A stretch of 63,321 nt of DNA, filler included, from Nemertoderma westbladi (lineage: Eukaryota; Animalia; Xenacoelomorpha), in assembly GCA_032718475.1 (NCBI GenBank). It is 3 parts of 3 records of this genome, joined end to end, with 100 filler letters (N's around TTAATTAATTAA, not from the genome) between each part and the next. Parts side by side here need not be neighbours in the genome. Positions count along the whole stretch, not along the records: positions 1 to 29,912 come from JAUCBJ010007836.1; positions 30,013 to 58,407 come from JAUCBJ010003583.1; 1 more part is not named here. One strand, written 5' to 3'. The notes under the pieces are model-generated. The model was given only the letters and a program-made list of their open reading frames with translations, was not told the origin of the DNA and made no database searches. Made by a program: the position numbers and the translations under genes. Numbering within the stretch: position 1 is the first letter of the stretch; each line of letters starts with the position of its first letter. This document shows positions 24,798 through 35,869 of the stretch, piece after piece.

Positions 24798-27700
24798 GGC
24801 GTTTGGTACAGATGGGATAGTGAATGGGACAGTTGGTAGGCATTTGGTACAGGGATAGTGTATGGGACAATTGCTAGGCGTTTGGTACAGAAGGGATAGT
24901 GTGTGGGACAGTTGGTAGGCGTTTGGTACAGATGGGATAGTGTGTGTGACAGTTGGTAGGCATTTGGTACATGGATAGTGTATGGGGCACGTGGTTGGCG
25001 TTTGGTTCAGTTGGGATATTGTAAGGGGCAATTGGTTTGCGTTTGGTTCAGATGGTTTATTGTATGAGGCACTTTTTGGGCGTGCGTTTAGTACAGACGT
25101 GATATTGTATGGGGCAATTTGTGGGCGTTTGATTCAGTAGGTATATTGTATGGGGCAATTGGTGAGCGTTTGGTACAGATGGAATGTTGTATGGGGCACT
25201 TGGTTGGCGTTTGGTACAGATGGGATATTGTATGGGGCAATTGGTGGGCGTTTGGTACAGATGGTATATTGTATGGGGCACTTGGTGGGCGTTTGGTACA
25301 GATGGGATAGTATGTGGGACAGTTGGTAGGCGTTTGGTACAGATGGGATAGTGAATGGGACAGTTGGTAGGCGTTTGGCACAGGGATAGTGTATGGGGCA
25401 CTTGGTTTGAGTTTGGTTCAGTTGGCATATTGTATGGGGCAATTGGTGGGCGTTTGGTACAGGGATAGTGGGTGGGACAGTTTGTAGGCATTTGGTACAT
25501 GGATAGTGTATGGGGCACTTGGTTGGCGTTTGGTTCAGTTGGGATATTGTATGGGACAGTTGGTAGGTGTTTGGTACAGATGGGATAGTGTATGGTACAT
25601 TTGGTAGGCGTTTGGTACAGATGGGATATTGTATGGGATAGGTGGTAGGCGTTTGGTACAGATGGGATAGTGTATGGGACAGTTGGTAGGCGTTGGGCAC
25701 AGGGATAGTGTATGGGGCACTTGGTTTGAGTTTGGTTCAGTTGGCATATTGTATGGGGCAATTGGTGGGCGTTTGGTACAGGGATAGTGTGTGGGACAGT
25801 TTGTAGGCGTTTGGTACAATGATAGTGTGTGGGACAGTTGGTAGGCGTTTGGTACATGGATAGTATGTGGGACAGTTGGTAGGCGTTTGGTACAGATGGG
25901 ATATTGTGTGGGACAGTTGGTAGGCGTTTGGTACAGATGGGATAGTATGTGGGACAGTTGGTAGGCGTTTGGTACAGATGGGATAGTGAATGGGACAGTT
26001 GGTAGGCATTTGGTACAGGGATAGTGTATGGGACAATTGCTAGGCGTCTGGTACAGAAGGGATAGTGTGTGGGACAGTTGGTAGGCGTTTGGTACAGATG
26101 GGATAGTGTGTGGGACAGTTGGTAGGCATTTGGTACATGGATAGTGTATGGGGCACGTGGTTGGCGTTTGGTTCAGTTGGGATATTGTAAGGGGCAATTG
26201 GTTTGCGTTTGGTTCAGATGGTTTATTGTATGAGGCACTTTTTGGGCGTGCGTTTAGTACAGACGTGATATTGTATGGGGCAATTGGTGGGCGTTTGATT
26301 CAGTAGGTATATTGTATGGGGCAATTGGTGAGCGTTTGGTACAGATGGGATGTTGTATGGGGCACTTGGTTGGCGTTTGGTACAGATGGGATATTGTATG
26401 GGGCAATTGGTGGGCGTTTGGTACAGATGGTATATTGTATGGGGCACTTGGTGGGCGTTTGGTACATATGGTATAATGTATGGGGCACATGGTGGGCGTT
26501 TAGTACAGATGGGATATTTAATGGGGCAATTGGTGTGCGTTTGGTACAGATGGTATATTGTATGGGGCACTTGGTGGGCGTTTGGTAAAGATGGGATATT
26601 GTTTGGGTCAATTGATGGGCGTTTGTTACAGGCGGGGTAGTATATGGTAGAGTTGGTAGGCGTTTGGAACAGATGAGATAGTGTATGGGGCAATTGGTGG
26701 GCGTTTGGTGCAGGTGGGGAAGTATATGGTACAGTTGTTGCGCGTTTGGTACAGATGGTATATTGTATGGGGCACTTGGTGGGCGATTGGTAAAGATGGT
26801 ATATTGTATGGGGCAATTGGTGGGCGTTTGGTTCAGATGGGATATTGTAAGGGGCAATTGGTTGGCGTTTGGTTCAGATGGTTTATTGTATGGGGCACTT
26901 TTTGGGCGTGCGTTTAGTACAGACGGGATATTGAATGGGGCAATTGGTGGGCGTTTGATTCAGTAGGTATATTGTATGGGGCAATTGGTGAGCGTTTGGT
27001 ACAGATGGGATATTGTATGGGGCACTTGGTTGGCGTTTGGTACAGATGGGATATTGTATGGGGCAATTGGTGGGCGTTTGGTACAGATGGTATATTGTAT
27101 GGGGCACTTGGTGGGCGTTTGGTACATATGGTATAATGTATGGGGCACATGGTGGGCGTTTAGTACAGATGGGATATTTTATGGGGCAATTGATGTGCGT
27201 TTGGTACAGATGGTATATTGTATGGGGCACTTGGTGGGCGTTTGGTAAAGATGGGATATTGTTTGGGTCAATTGATAGGCGTTTGTTACAGGCGGGGTAG
27301 TATATGGTAGAGTTGGTAGGCGTTTGGTACAGATGAGATAGTGTATGGGGCAATTGGTGGGCGTTTGGTGCAGGTGGGGAAGTATATGGTACAGTTGTTG
27401 CGCGTTTGGTACAGATGGTATATTGTATGGGGCACTTGGTGGGCGTTTGTACATATAGGATATTGTATGGGGCACATGGTGGGCGTTTCGTACAGATGGG
27501 ATATTTTATGGGGCAATTGGTGTGCGTTTGGTACAGATGGTATATTGTATGGGGCACTTGGTGGGCGATTGGTAAAGATGGTATATTGTATGGGGCAATT
27601 GGTGGGCGTTTGGTTCAGATGGGATATTGTATGGGGCAATTGGTGGGCGTTTGGTACAGATGGTATATTGTATGGGGCACTTGGTGGGAGTTTGGTATAG

Positions 27701-28641
27701 ACTTGATATTGTATGGGGCACTTGGTGGGCGTTTGGCACAGATGGGATATTGTATGGGGCAATTGATTGGCGTTTGTTACCGATGGTATATTATATGGGG
27801 CACTTGGTGGGCATTTGGTGCAGATGGGATATTGTTTGGGTCAATTGGTGGGCGTTTGTTACAGGTGGGGTAGTATATGTTAGAGTTGGTAGGCGTTTGG
27901 TACAGATGAGATAGTGTATGGGGCAATTGGTGGGCGTTTGGTGCAGGTGGGGTAGTATATGGTACAGTTGGTGCGCGTTTGGTACAGATGGTATATTGTA
28001 TGGGGCACTTGGTGGGCGTTTGTACATATGGGATATTGTATGGGGCACATGGTGGGCGTTTCGTACAGATGGGATATTTTATGGGGCAATTGGTGTGCGT
28101 TTGGTACAGATGGTATATTGTATGGGGCACTTGGTGGGCGATTGGTAAAGATGGTATATTGTATGGGGCAATTGGTGGGCGTTTGGTTCAGATGGGATAT
28201 TGTATGGGGCAATTGGTGGGCGTTTGGTACAGATGGTATATTGTATGGGGCACTTGGTTGGAGTTTGGTATAGACTTGATATTGTATGGGGCACTTGGTG
28301 GGCGTTTGGCACAGATGGGATATTGTATGGGGCAATTGATTGGCGTTTGTTACAGATGGTATATTATATGGGGCACTTGGTGGGCATTTGGTGCAGATGG
28401 GATATTGTTTGGGTCAATTGGTGGGCGTTTGGTACATATGGTATAATGTATGGGGCACATGGTGGGCGTTTGTTACAGGTGGGGTAGTATATGTTAGAGT
28501 TGGTAGGCGTTTGGTACATATGAGATAGTGTATGGGGCAATTGGTGGGCGTTTGGTGCAGGTGGGGTAGTATATGGTACAGTTGGTGCGCGTTTGGTACA
28601 GATGGTATATTGTATGGGGCACTTGGTGGGCGCTTGGTACA
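24798..28641 (+). repeat. 41-bp GT-rich satellite (~94 units) with block duplications
   Basis: Unit ggcgtttggtacagatgggatattgtatggggcaattggtg. Larger blocks recur at offsets 1166, 660 and 573 bp. Confidence 0.95.
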
Positions 28642-29912
28642 GTAGGGTGGTGCGTTTTTTACTTTTTTTCGATTTCGTTGTTCTACCGGTGCGCAGAATT
28701 TGCCATATGGTAAAAAATTAAGGCAAAAAAAATTTCTCTAAATTTCATCGATATCTTGACGGATCCCAAGGGGGTTGAAATTTTGAGCCTTCACAATGCA
28801 CCACAATTAAAATTATAACAATATAACACATTAATGAAAGATCATTAATGAAAGAACTTCCTGCATGCATCAAATGTCATCAAATGGGTCCAAACTTAGT
28901 TAGATACCAAAATTTTAATTTTTGGATCAAGGGAACTTAGTGCCACGAGCACATGGACAGAACCTACCATTTGGCGCAAGTGGTGATAATTCTCAATTTT
29001 CGCGATAGCCAACTTTGAGTTCTCGTACTGCATTAATATTATGCTCATTAGAACCGCAAATTCCGATTTAGTGGGGGTAGACAACTTCAAAACAAACGTA
29101 GAGCGAATAGTTCTTGAGATATTGCAGAAAATGTGAAGTCTGGCACAAGTCTACATTATTACCGCCTTGATGCGATATGGACAAATCCTCAAAAAATTTT
29201 ATTTTGAATTATCTCAAGGAATCAAGAATATACACATCACAGAAATGATCGATGTGGTGGGTGTAGACGCCTTTAAAATAAGAGTAGAGTCATTAGTTCT
29301 TGAGTTATTTTACAAAATGTCAAGACTATATCCACCAATTCATACTTGATATTGAGTTGTCCCATTCCACACATTTTGTACAAAAACTATAATGAATTAA
29401 TCACTACTCTTTAACTTTGAAGGTTTCTGTATACACTAAATCAATTTGTTGCAGCGATGTATAATAATAATATTAATTGTTTTTATGTTATACTACTGTA
29501 TAACATGTTGATAACATGTCTATGTTTGCCATGTTGATTTACCTTAGGCTTTTTGTCTAATCGTTAGAAAAATAAACATTCATATTTGTTTAACCCCAAA
29601 AAGACCAAGGGGTGCGGGTGCTAGGGGAGGGAGGGTGGTAGACAGAGAGGAGGGGGGGGTGGGGGGGGAGGGGGGGAGGGTCGGTATAGAAACGGAGGAA
29701 TAGAAAAGCCAGCAGCAATAGAGGAAAATCAGCCTCTCCCACCTCTCTTGATACTCCCCAAATACTTACACAAATATCGCATTACTGTATTAGTACATAG
29801 AACCACACTCATGTCTGCCAGTCCATGTTACTGTGTTAGTCTTAGTAGTAGTCTCAAATTTCCCGCCTTGTAACGTCAGTTTGCGGTGGCTTAATTAACT
29901 CTTCATAATTTC

Positions 29913-30012
29913 NNNNNNNNNNNNNNNNNNNNNNNNNNNNNNNNNNNNNNNNNNNNTTAATTAATTAANNNNNNNNNNNNNNNNNNNNNNNNNNNNNNNN
30001 NNNNNNNNNNNN
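29913..30012. other. Artificial contig spacer
   Basis: N44 + TTAATTAATTAA (stops in all six frames) + N44 = 100 bp. Confidence 0.97.
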
Positions 30013-31118
30013 TGCGAGGGGACATTGGCTGCAGATGGAACGCCAGGTGCAGGTCGGATCCATGCGAGGGGACACTGGCTGCAGATGGAACGCCAGGTGC
30101 AGGTCGGATCCATGCGAGGGGACACTGGCTGCAGATGGAACGCCAGGTGCAGGTCGGATCCATGCGAGGGGACATTGGCTGCAGATGGAACGCCAGGTGC
30201 ACGTCGGATCCATGCGAGGGGACACTGGCTGCAGATGGAACGCCCGGTGCATTTCGGATCCGGATCCATGCGAGGGGACACTGGCTGCAGATGGAACGCC
30301 AGGTGCAGGTCGGATCCATGTGAGGGGACACTGGCTGCAGATGGAACGCCAGGTGCAGGTCGGATCCATGCGAGGGGACACTGGCTGCAGATGGAACGCC
30401 AGGTGCAGGTAGGATCCATGCGAGGGGACACTGGCTGCAGATGGAACGCCAGGTGCAGTTCGGATCCATGCGAGGGGACACTGGCTGCAGATGGAACGCC
30501 AGGTGCAGGTCGGATCCATGCGAGGGGACACTGGCTGCAGATGGAACGCCCGGTGCAGTTCGGATCCATGCGAGGGGACACTGGCTGCAGATGGAACGCC
30601 AGGTGCAGGTCGGATCCATGCGAGGGGACACTGGCTGCAGATGGAACGCCAGTTGCAGGTCGGATCCATGCGAGGGGACACTGGCTGCAGATGGAACGCC
30701 AGGTGCAGGTCGGATCCATGCGAGGGGACACTGGCTGCAGATGGAACGCCAGGTGCAGGTAGGATCCATGCGAGGGGACACTGGCTGCAGATGGAACGCC
30801 AAGTGCAGTTCGGATCCATGCGAGGGGACACTGGCTGCAGATGGAACGCCAGGTGCAGGTCGGATCCATGCGAGGGGACACTGGCTGCAGATGGAACGCC
30901 CGGTGCAGTTCGGATCCATGCGAGGGGACACTGGCTGCAGATGGAACGCCAGGTGCAGGTCGGATCCATGCGAGGGGACACTGGCTGCAGATGGAACGCC
31001 AGGTGCAGGTCGGATCCATGCGAGGGGACACTGGCTGCAGATGGAACGCCAGGTGCAGGTAGGACCCATGCGAGGGGACACTGGCTGCAGATGGAACGCC
31101 AGGTGCAGGTCGGATCCA
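30013..31118 (+). repeat. 50-bp GC-rich minisatellite (~22 copies, open at the gap)
   Basis: Unit tgcgaggggacactggctgcagatggaacgccaggtgcaggtcggatcca. Confidence 0.97.
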
Positions 31119-31404
31119 CGTATAGTATAGTATAATATTGTATAGTATAATAAGTGAAATTTTGCAGAAGTCATGTCCAATAGGTGCGTGCTTCCTATGG
31201 GGTGTCGACAGAATTTTGTCATTCTAGAAGTAATTTCACTGTTGCTAGGCAACCAACAGGTCCATCGCAACCAAAACCTTGCATACACAACTAGGTCCGA
31301 TAATGAACCTATCATCAAAGTTACATCCAATTCCATCAACATTAAGTGCAAGAAGTTGTGTGTACAAACACACAAACAAACAAACACGTGTGTGAGAAAT
31401 AAGG

Positions 31405-31646
31405 ACATCCATGATGGATCGGTCCAACATCGATGATGGATCCGTCCAACATCCATGATGGATCCGTCCAACATCGATGATGGATCCGTCCAACATCCAT
31501 GATGGATCCGTCCAACATCCATGATGGATCCGTCCAACATCGATGATGGATCCGTCCAACATCCATGATGGATCCGTCCAACATCCATGATGGATCCGTC
31601 CAACATCCATGATGGATCCGTCCAACATCGATGATGGATCCCTCCA
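31405..31646 (+). repeat. 22-bp minisatellite (~11 copies)
   Basis: Unit gatggatccgtccaacatccat. Confidence 0.95.
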
Positions 31647-31838
31647 ATTATCATTACAAAAGAAAAAGGTTAGTACTGTTGTAGTACGTAAGCCCTATAT
31701 GGTAAGCTCTCCTAAACAAAAACAATCAGAAACTACAGTATACCATCGCTTAACCCTAGAGGGGTCCTACTTGTGACCAGGGGTCCATGCCCCTCTTGTC
31801 TCCAGGGGGACACGAGCCGCACATTGTATTCGCCCTTT

Positions 31839-31875
31839 GATTGGTTGTTTCAATTTTAAATTTATGGGCGGGAAA
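31839..31875 (+). promoter_or_regulatory. Candidate promoter motifs (reverse CCAAT, E2F site) upstream of the ANK-BRCT ORF
   Basis: GATTGG at 31839 and GGCGGGAAA at 31867, ~450 bp before the ATG. Motif match only. Confidence 0.3.
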
Positions 31876-32318
31876 ATATAACCATTTGGTTTTAATTATA
31901 TTCTTCTTACAGTCTTATGTCTGTATTGCTTAGCCTACCTACAGCCCTGGGCCTACCGCTGAATACTACTGTACTAGTAGACCTACAACAGTGCTGTACT
32001 GCTAAATAAATACTGCAGTACACAGTACTGCAGTACTGGGTGCTGCTATGCTATAGGCCTAGCCTTCATATACCTGTTTACAATGTATGTAATTATTTTG
32101 TACCGGTATCTGTTACAGTCTTAGAATAACAATTGTATCGGTTGACCTTAACACCTTTTCAGCCATTACAATGTCAATCGGTAACTAATCCAATCCCTGT
32201 CAATAGAACAGTCCCTAGAATACTGGAATAGTACCGGTACCGACAGACTGCAGGACTGGTGCCGATAGTTTATATCTCAGGAGGTGATACGATTCGCGAT
32301 CGCTTATCAGAATATTGA

Positions 32319-34073
32319 ATGGAGGTGGATAAAGTTATCAATGAAGAACAAACTGCTAGTCGAGTTATTCGGGATTCCGGTACACCATCGGATGGCTTTA
32401 CAAAAAATCATGGCGGTTCCAATACCAAACATATTCCACATGGTCGTGGCCGTGGTAGGGGTAGGGGTAGGCCTCCCGGATCAAAAAAGGTTTTTCCCGC
32501 CGTGATGAAACAAAAATACATTCGAAAATCCGTTCTGCCGGTAGAAAATGTAGAGAAACAAGGCTCGTTGCGCAGTAGAATGAAAGCGCATCGGACTGAG
32601 ACGTACCCGTTGGTGTCGGCGTGGAAGTCTGGCGATAGCGAGTTAATGGAACGGTTATCGGCTTTGGGATATCGGAAGGACACAGTGACATCGACGGGTG
32701 AGACGGCCCTGCATGAGGCAGTCCGGTCGGGCTGTGTGGACACACTGCGGTGGTTGCTCGGAGTTGAGCTGGAACCTACTTCCGGTACCGTCGGACCTAC
32801 TTCCGGTACCATCGGACCTCCATCAGGTACCGTCGGAGCTACTTCCGGTACCGTCGGACCCACTTCAGGTACCGTCGGAGCTACTTCCGGTACCGTCGGA
32901 CCTACTTCGGGTGCCGCAGGACCTACTTCCGGTACTGTTGGATCTACTTCCGGTACAGTCGGACCTACTTCCGGTACCGTCGGACCTATTTCCGGTACTG
33001 TCGGACCTCCTACCGGTACTGTCGGACCTTCTTCCAGTACCGTCGGACCTTCTTCCGGTACCGTCGGACCTACTTCCGGTACCGTCGGACCTACTTCCGG
33101 TACCGTCGGACCTCATACCGGTACTGTCGGACCTTCTTCCGGTACCGTCGGACCTACTTCGGGTGCCGCAGGACCTACTTCCGGTACTGTTGGACCTACT
33201 TCCGGTAAAGTCGGACCTACTTCAGGTACCGTCGGACCTATTTCCGGTACCATCGGACCTCCTTCAGGTACCGTCGGAGGTACTTCCGGTACCGTCGGAC
33301 CTACTTCGGGTGCCGCAGGACCTACTTCCGGTACTGTCGGACCTACTTCCGGTTCCGTTACCGTCGGACCTCCTCCCGGTACCGCCGGACATCCTTCCGG
33401 TACCGTCGGACCTCATACCGGTACTATCGGACCTACTTCCGGTTCCGTTACCGTCGGACCTCCTCCCGGTACCGTCGGACCCCGCTTCCTCCACCTAGAC
33501 GCGCGGTCCGACACCCACGGTTCCACGGCTCTCCATCTCGCCGCCACCCGCCCCCTCCCCGCCGCAGTGGCGCTGTTGCTACACAACGGTTCGGACCCCC
33601 GACTCGCCGACACGGCCGGACTCACAGCCTACCAACTGGCCGCCGACCCCACCGTGGGGAAAATTATCGACAAGTTCCTAACGCGAGTCGCCATGGGGAA
33701 GCGAGCGGGGGGGAGGGTAGTTACGTTCACAGGGGGGTTTAATATGTCGCAAGTTAATACCATGGTAGCGGAGGGAGGAAGACTGCGGCCGGCGTGTAAG
33801 TTCGTAGCAGACTGGAGCAGTCAGGTGACGCATCTCGTGGTCAGGGGCTGCGGTTACCAGAACCAGCAGGCCGTCCGTACAGTCAAGTACATAGCGGCGG
33901 TGGAGGCTGGGGTCTGGGTGCTGGACGCTGGTTGGTTGAGGGAGTGTTGTAGGATTGGACGTTGGGTGGATGAGACGGGGTACGAGATACGCGGGACTGT
34001 AAACCACCCGGAATCAGAGGAACCGCGGATAGCCAGAGAGCGACAGAAACTCGATCCCATTGGATCTACATAA
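32319..34073 (+). CDS. Ankyrin-repeat + BRCT protein (BARD1 C-terminus-like, no RING), 584 aa, with AT-hook-like motif and internal heptad repeat
   Basis: RGRGRPPGSKK; ANK TGETALHEAVRSG..LRWLL; ANK HGSTALHLAA..LLLHNGSDP..AGLTAYQLA; BRCT VTHLVV..RTVKYIAAVEAGVWVLDAGWLREC..WVDETGYEI. Uninterrupted frame. Confidence 0.8.
   Translation: MEVDKVINEEQTASRVIRDSGTPSDGFTKNHGGSNTKHIPHGRGRGRGRGRPPGSKKVFPAVMKQKYIRKSVLPVENVEKQGSLRSRMKAHRTETYPLVSAWKSGDSELMERLSALGYRKDTVTSTGETALHEAVRSGCVDTLRWLLGVELEPTSGTVGPTSGTIGPPSGTVGATSGTVGPTSGTVGATSGTVGPTSGAAGPTSGTVGSTSGTVGPTSGTVGPISGTVGPPTGTVGPSSSTVGPSSGTVGPTSGTVGPTSGTVGPHTGTVGPSSGTVGPTSGAAGPTSGTVGPTSGKVGPTSGTVGPISGTIGPPSGTVGGTSGTVGPTSGAAGPTSGTVGPTSGSVTVGPPPGTAGHPSGTVGPHTGTIGPTSGSVTVGPPPGTVGPRFLHLDARSDTHGSTALHLAATRPLPAAVALLLHNGSDPRLADTAGLTAYQLAADPTVGKIIDKFLTRVAMGKRAGGRVVTFTGGFNMSQVNTMVAEGGRLRPACKFVADWSSQVTHLVVRGCGYQNQQAVRTVKYIAAVEAGVWVLDAGWLRECCRIGRWVDETGYEIRGTVNHPESEEPRIARERQKLDPIGST
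32773..33483 (+). repeat. 21-bp in-frame repeat (GPTSGTV, ~33 copies)
   Basis: Unit ggacctacttccggtaccgtc. The length variants (+6 bp) keep the frame. Confidence 0.95.
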
Positions 34074-34295
34074 ACCTTTTTTAATTATATTTAAAAAGTG
34101 AAACTTTCGTTCGGGTCTACTTACAGTAATTTTTAGTTTATCATTTTTAATATCAACTATTAAATTCCATGAAAAAAAGAAAACATTTTATAGCTGTTAT
34201 GAGGTATTTTAACAGGTCGATTATTTCTCACCAACTGGCTTCATAATGTTTATGATTTCCTAAAATATGATTTCGACCCAATAGATCAACAATTA

Positions 34296-35495
34296 ACTCA
34301 GATACTTGCGCTACGGAGACTGATTAAGTCAAAGTAATCTCCCCGCAGTCATGACTTTTGTGGACTTCAAGAAGGCATTCGGCTCCATCCATAGAGGTAA
34401 AATGCTTGAAATCCTAAGAGCTTATGGAATACCAGAAGTAATTGTTGCTGGCATTGGATTGTTATATTGTGACACAGAAGCACAGGTACTCTCACCAGAT
34501 GGTGAAACTGAGTTTTTCTCAATCCTGGCTGGCGTACTGCAAGGTGACACATTAGCACCATTACTATTTGTAATTGTGCTGGATTACGCAATGAGGACGG
34601 CCACAAAAGGTGAAGATCTGGGATTCACACTTCAAGAGCGCAGAAGTAGTAGATATCCGGCAACTACAATCACAGAGACAGACTTTGCGGATGACATCGC
34701 CCTGCTCTCTAATACCCTAGCATATGCACAGCTTCTACTAAATAAAGTGGAGAGGGCTGCTAAGGAGGTTGGATTGCATATAAATGCTACCAAGACCGAA
34801 TTCATGACCTTTAATGTTGATGGAAACTTAACAACCATTGATAATAATCAAAAAAAGGAAGGTCGATGACTTCCAGTTCCTTGGATCATGGATAGAAGAG
34901 AGTAGCAAAAAGGACATAGAAGTTAGGAAAGCAAAGGCTTGGGTAGCTCTATCAAAAATGGATACCATCTGGAAATCAGATCTCTCCAGGCAACTGAAGA
35001 CTAAGTTCTTTCGAGCCACAGTGGAAAGTGTATTTTTATACGGGGGTGAGACCTGGACACTGACTAAATCACTTGAACAACGAATTGATGGTTGCTACAC
35101 AAGACAACTAAGGGCAGCCCTAAACATCAGCTGGAGACAACACATGACAAACGCCGAGCTTTATGGTACACTACCACCTGTATCAACCACCCTCCGTGAA
35201 CGCAGATTAAGATTCAGTGGCCACTGCTGGCGAAGTAAAGACGAGGTCATACCAGATCTACTTCTCTGGCAACCAACTCATGGAAAGCGTAGTCGTGGAC
35301 GACCTGCCATAACATATATAGATCAACTTGAAAGGGATACTGAACTTGGGAGAAACGAAATTGCGACAACTATGGAGAATCGGGAAGCCTGGAAGGATCT
35401 CATTTCCACTGTCCGAGTTCGCTCGACCTAGTAGTAGTTGGAGAATCGGGAAGCCTGGAAGGATCTCATTTCCACTGTCTGAGTTCGCTCGACTA
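34296..35495 (+). mobile_element. 5'-truncated RTE-clade LINE (RT), one frameshift, duplicated 3' end
   Basis: FVDFKKAF, GVLQGDTLAPLLF, FADDIAL, FQFLGS, RRLRFSGH; (TAG)n tail. ~66 bp at 35373-35438 is repeated immediately after. Confidence 0.92.
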
Positions 35496-35588
35496 TGCAG
35501 TAGTACAAACTCAGTGTCCCAGTGGGCGGTAGTCAAGTAACTATTGGTGGCTGTTAATAACTTTAAAGACTATGTATTGTACACTCAC

Positions 35589-35807
35589 CTAGGACGCAGC
35601 ACAGTTTAGCAGCCAACCTCAACCCTTCCAGACATAGATTTATATTCTCTCGATCCTTTAGACTAGACTCCTTGGCGCCCTCCATCCCGAGAATTAACGC
35701 GATACATCCAAGAGTTGGTGTCGAGGTCCGTCTCCGAAGTGGACGAGCCAGGATCTCTAGTATCCGAGGCCACGATTGTATAAATATCTTCCGAGACAGT
35801 AGAATAC
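35589..35807 (-). CDS. ARFGEF3: ARFGEF3/BIG3 internal exon C
   Basis: poly-C cag acceptor and gtgagt donor; 219 nt, phase 1-1. ILLSRKIFIQSWPRILEILARPL..LILGMEGAKE..CLEGLRLAAKLCCVLG resembles BIG3 as recalled (..FILGAEGIKE..SLDGLRKAARLSCALG). Confidence 0.85.
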
Positions 35808-35869
35808 CTGCGGGGGGGGGGGGGAGGTAGTTACATAACCGCACGGTTAGTCTTTGTCTCGACTTGTCC

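Noticed and set aside
28643-29400. Possible DNA transposon end and relic ORF
   Set aside because: No partner TIR or recognisable motif found.
29957-29968. TTAATTAATTAA motif (also 58452-58463)
   Set aside because: An identical linker centred in 100-bp N spacers. It is artificial, so adjacency across it is unproven.
31240-31370. Possible next BIG3 exon (LHLMLMELDVTLMIGS), and the 50-bp repeat as an acceptor-junction array
   Set aside because: Only faint resemblance to BIG3. It lacks the expected CWxHVF motif and convincing in-phase splice sites.
24564-31654. Numerous Cys/Pro/Trp-rich ORFs, including 565 aa (also 55768-58459)
   Set aside because: Translations of satellites whose units are not multiples of 3 and cycle through frames.
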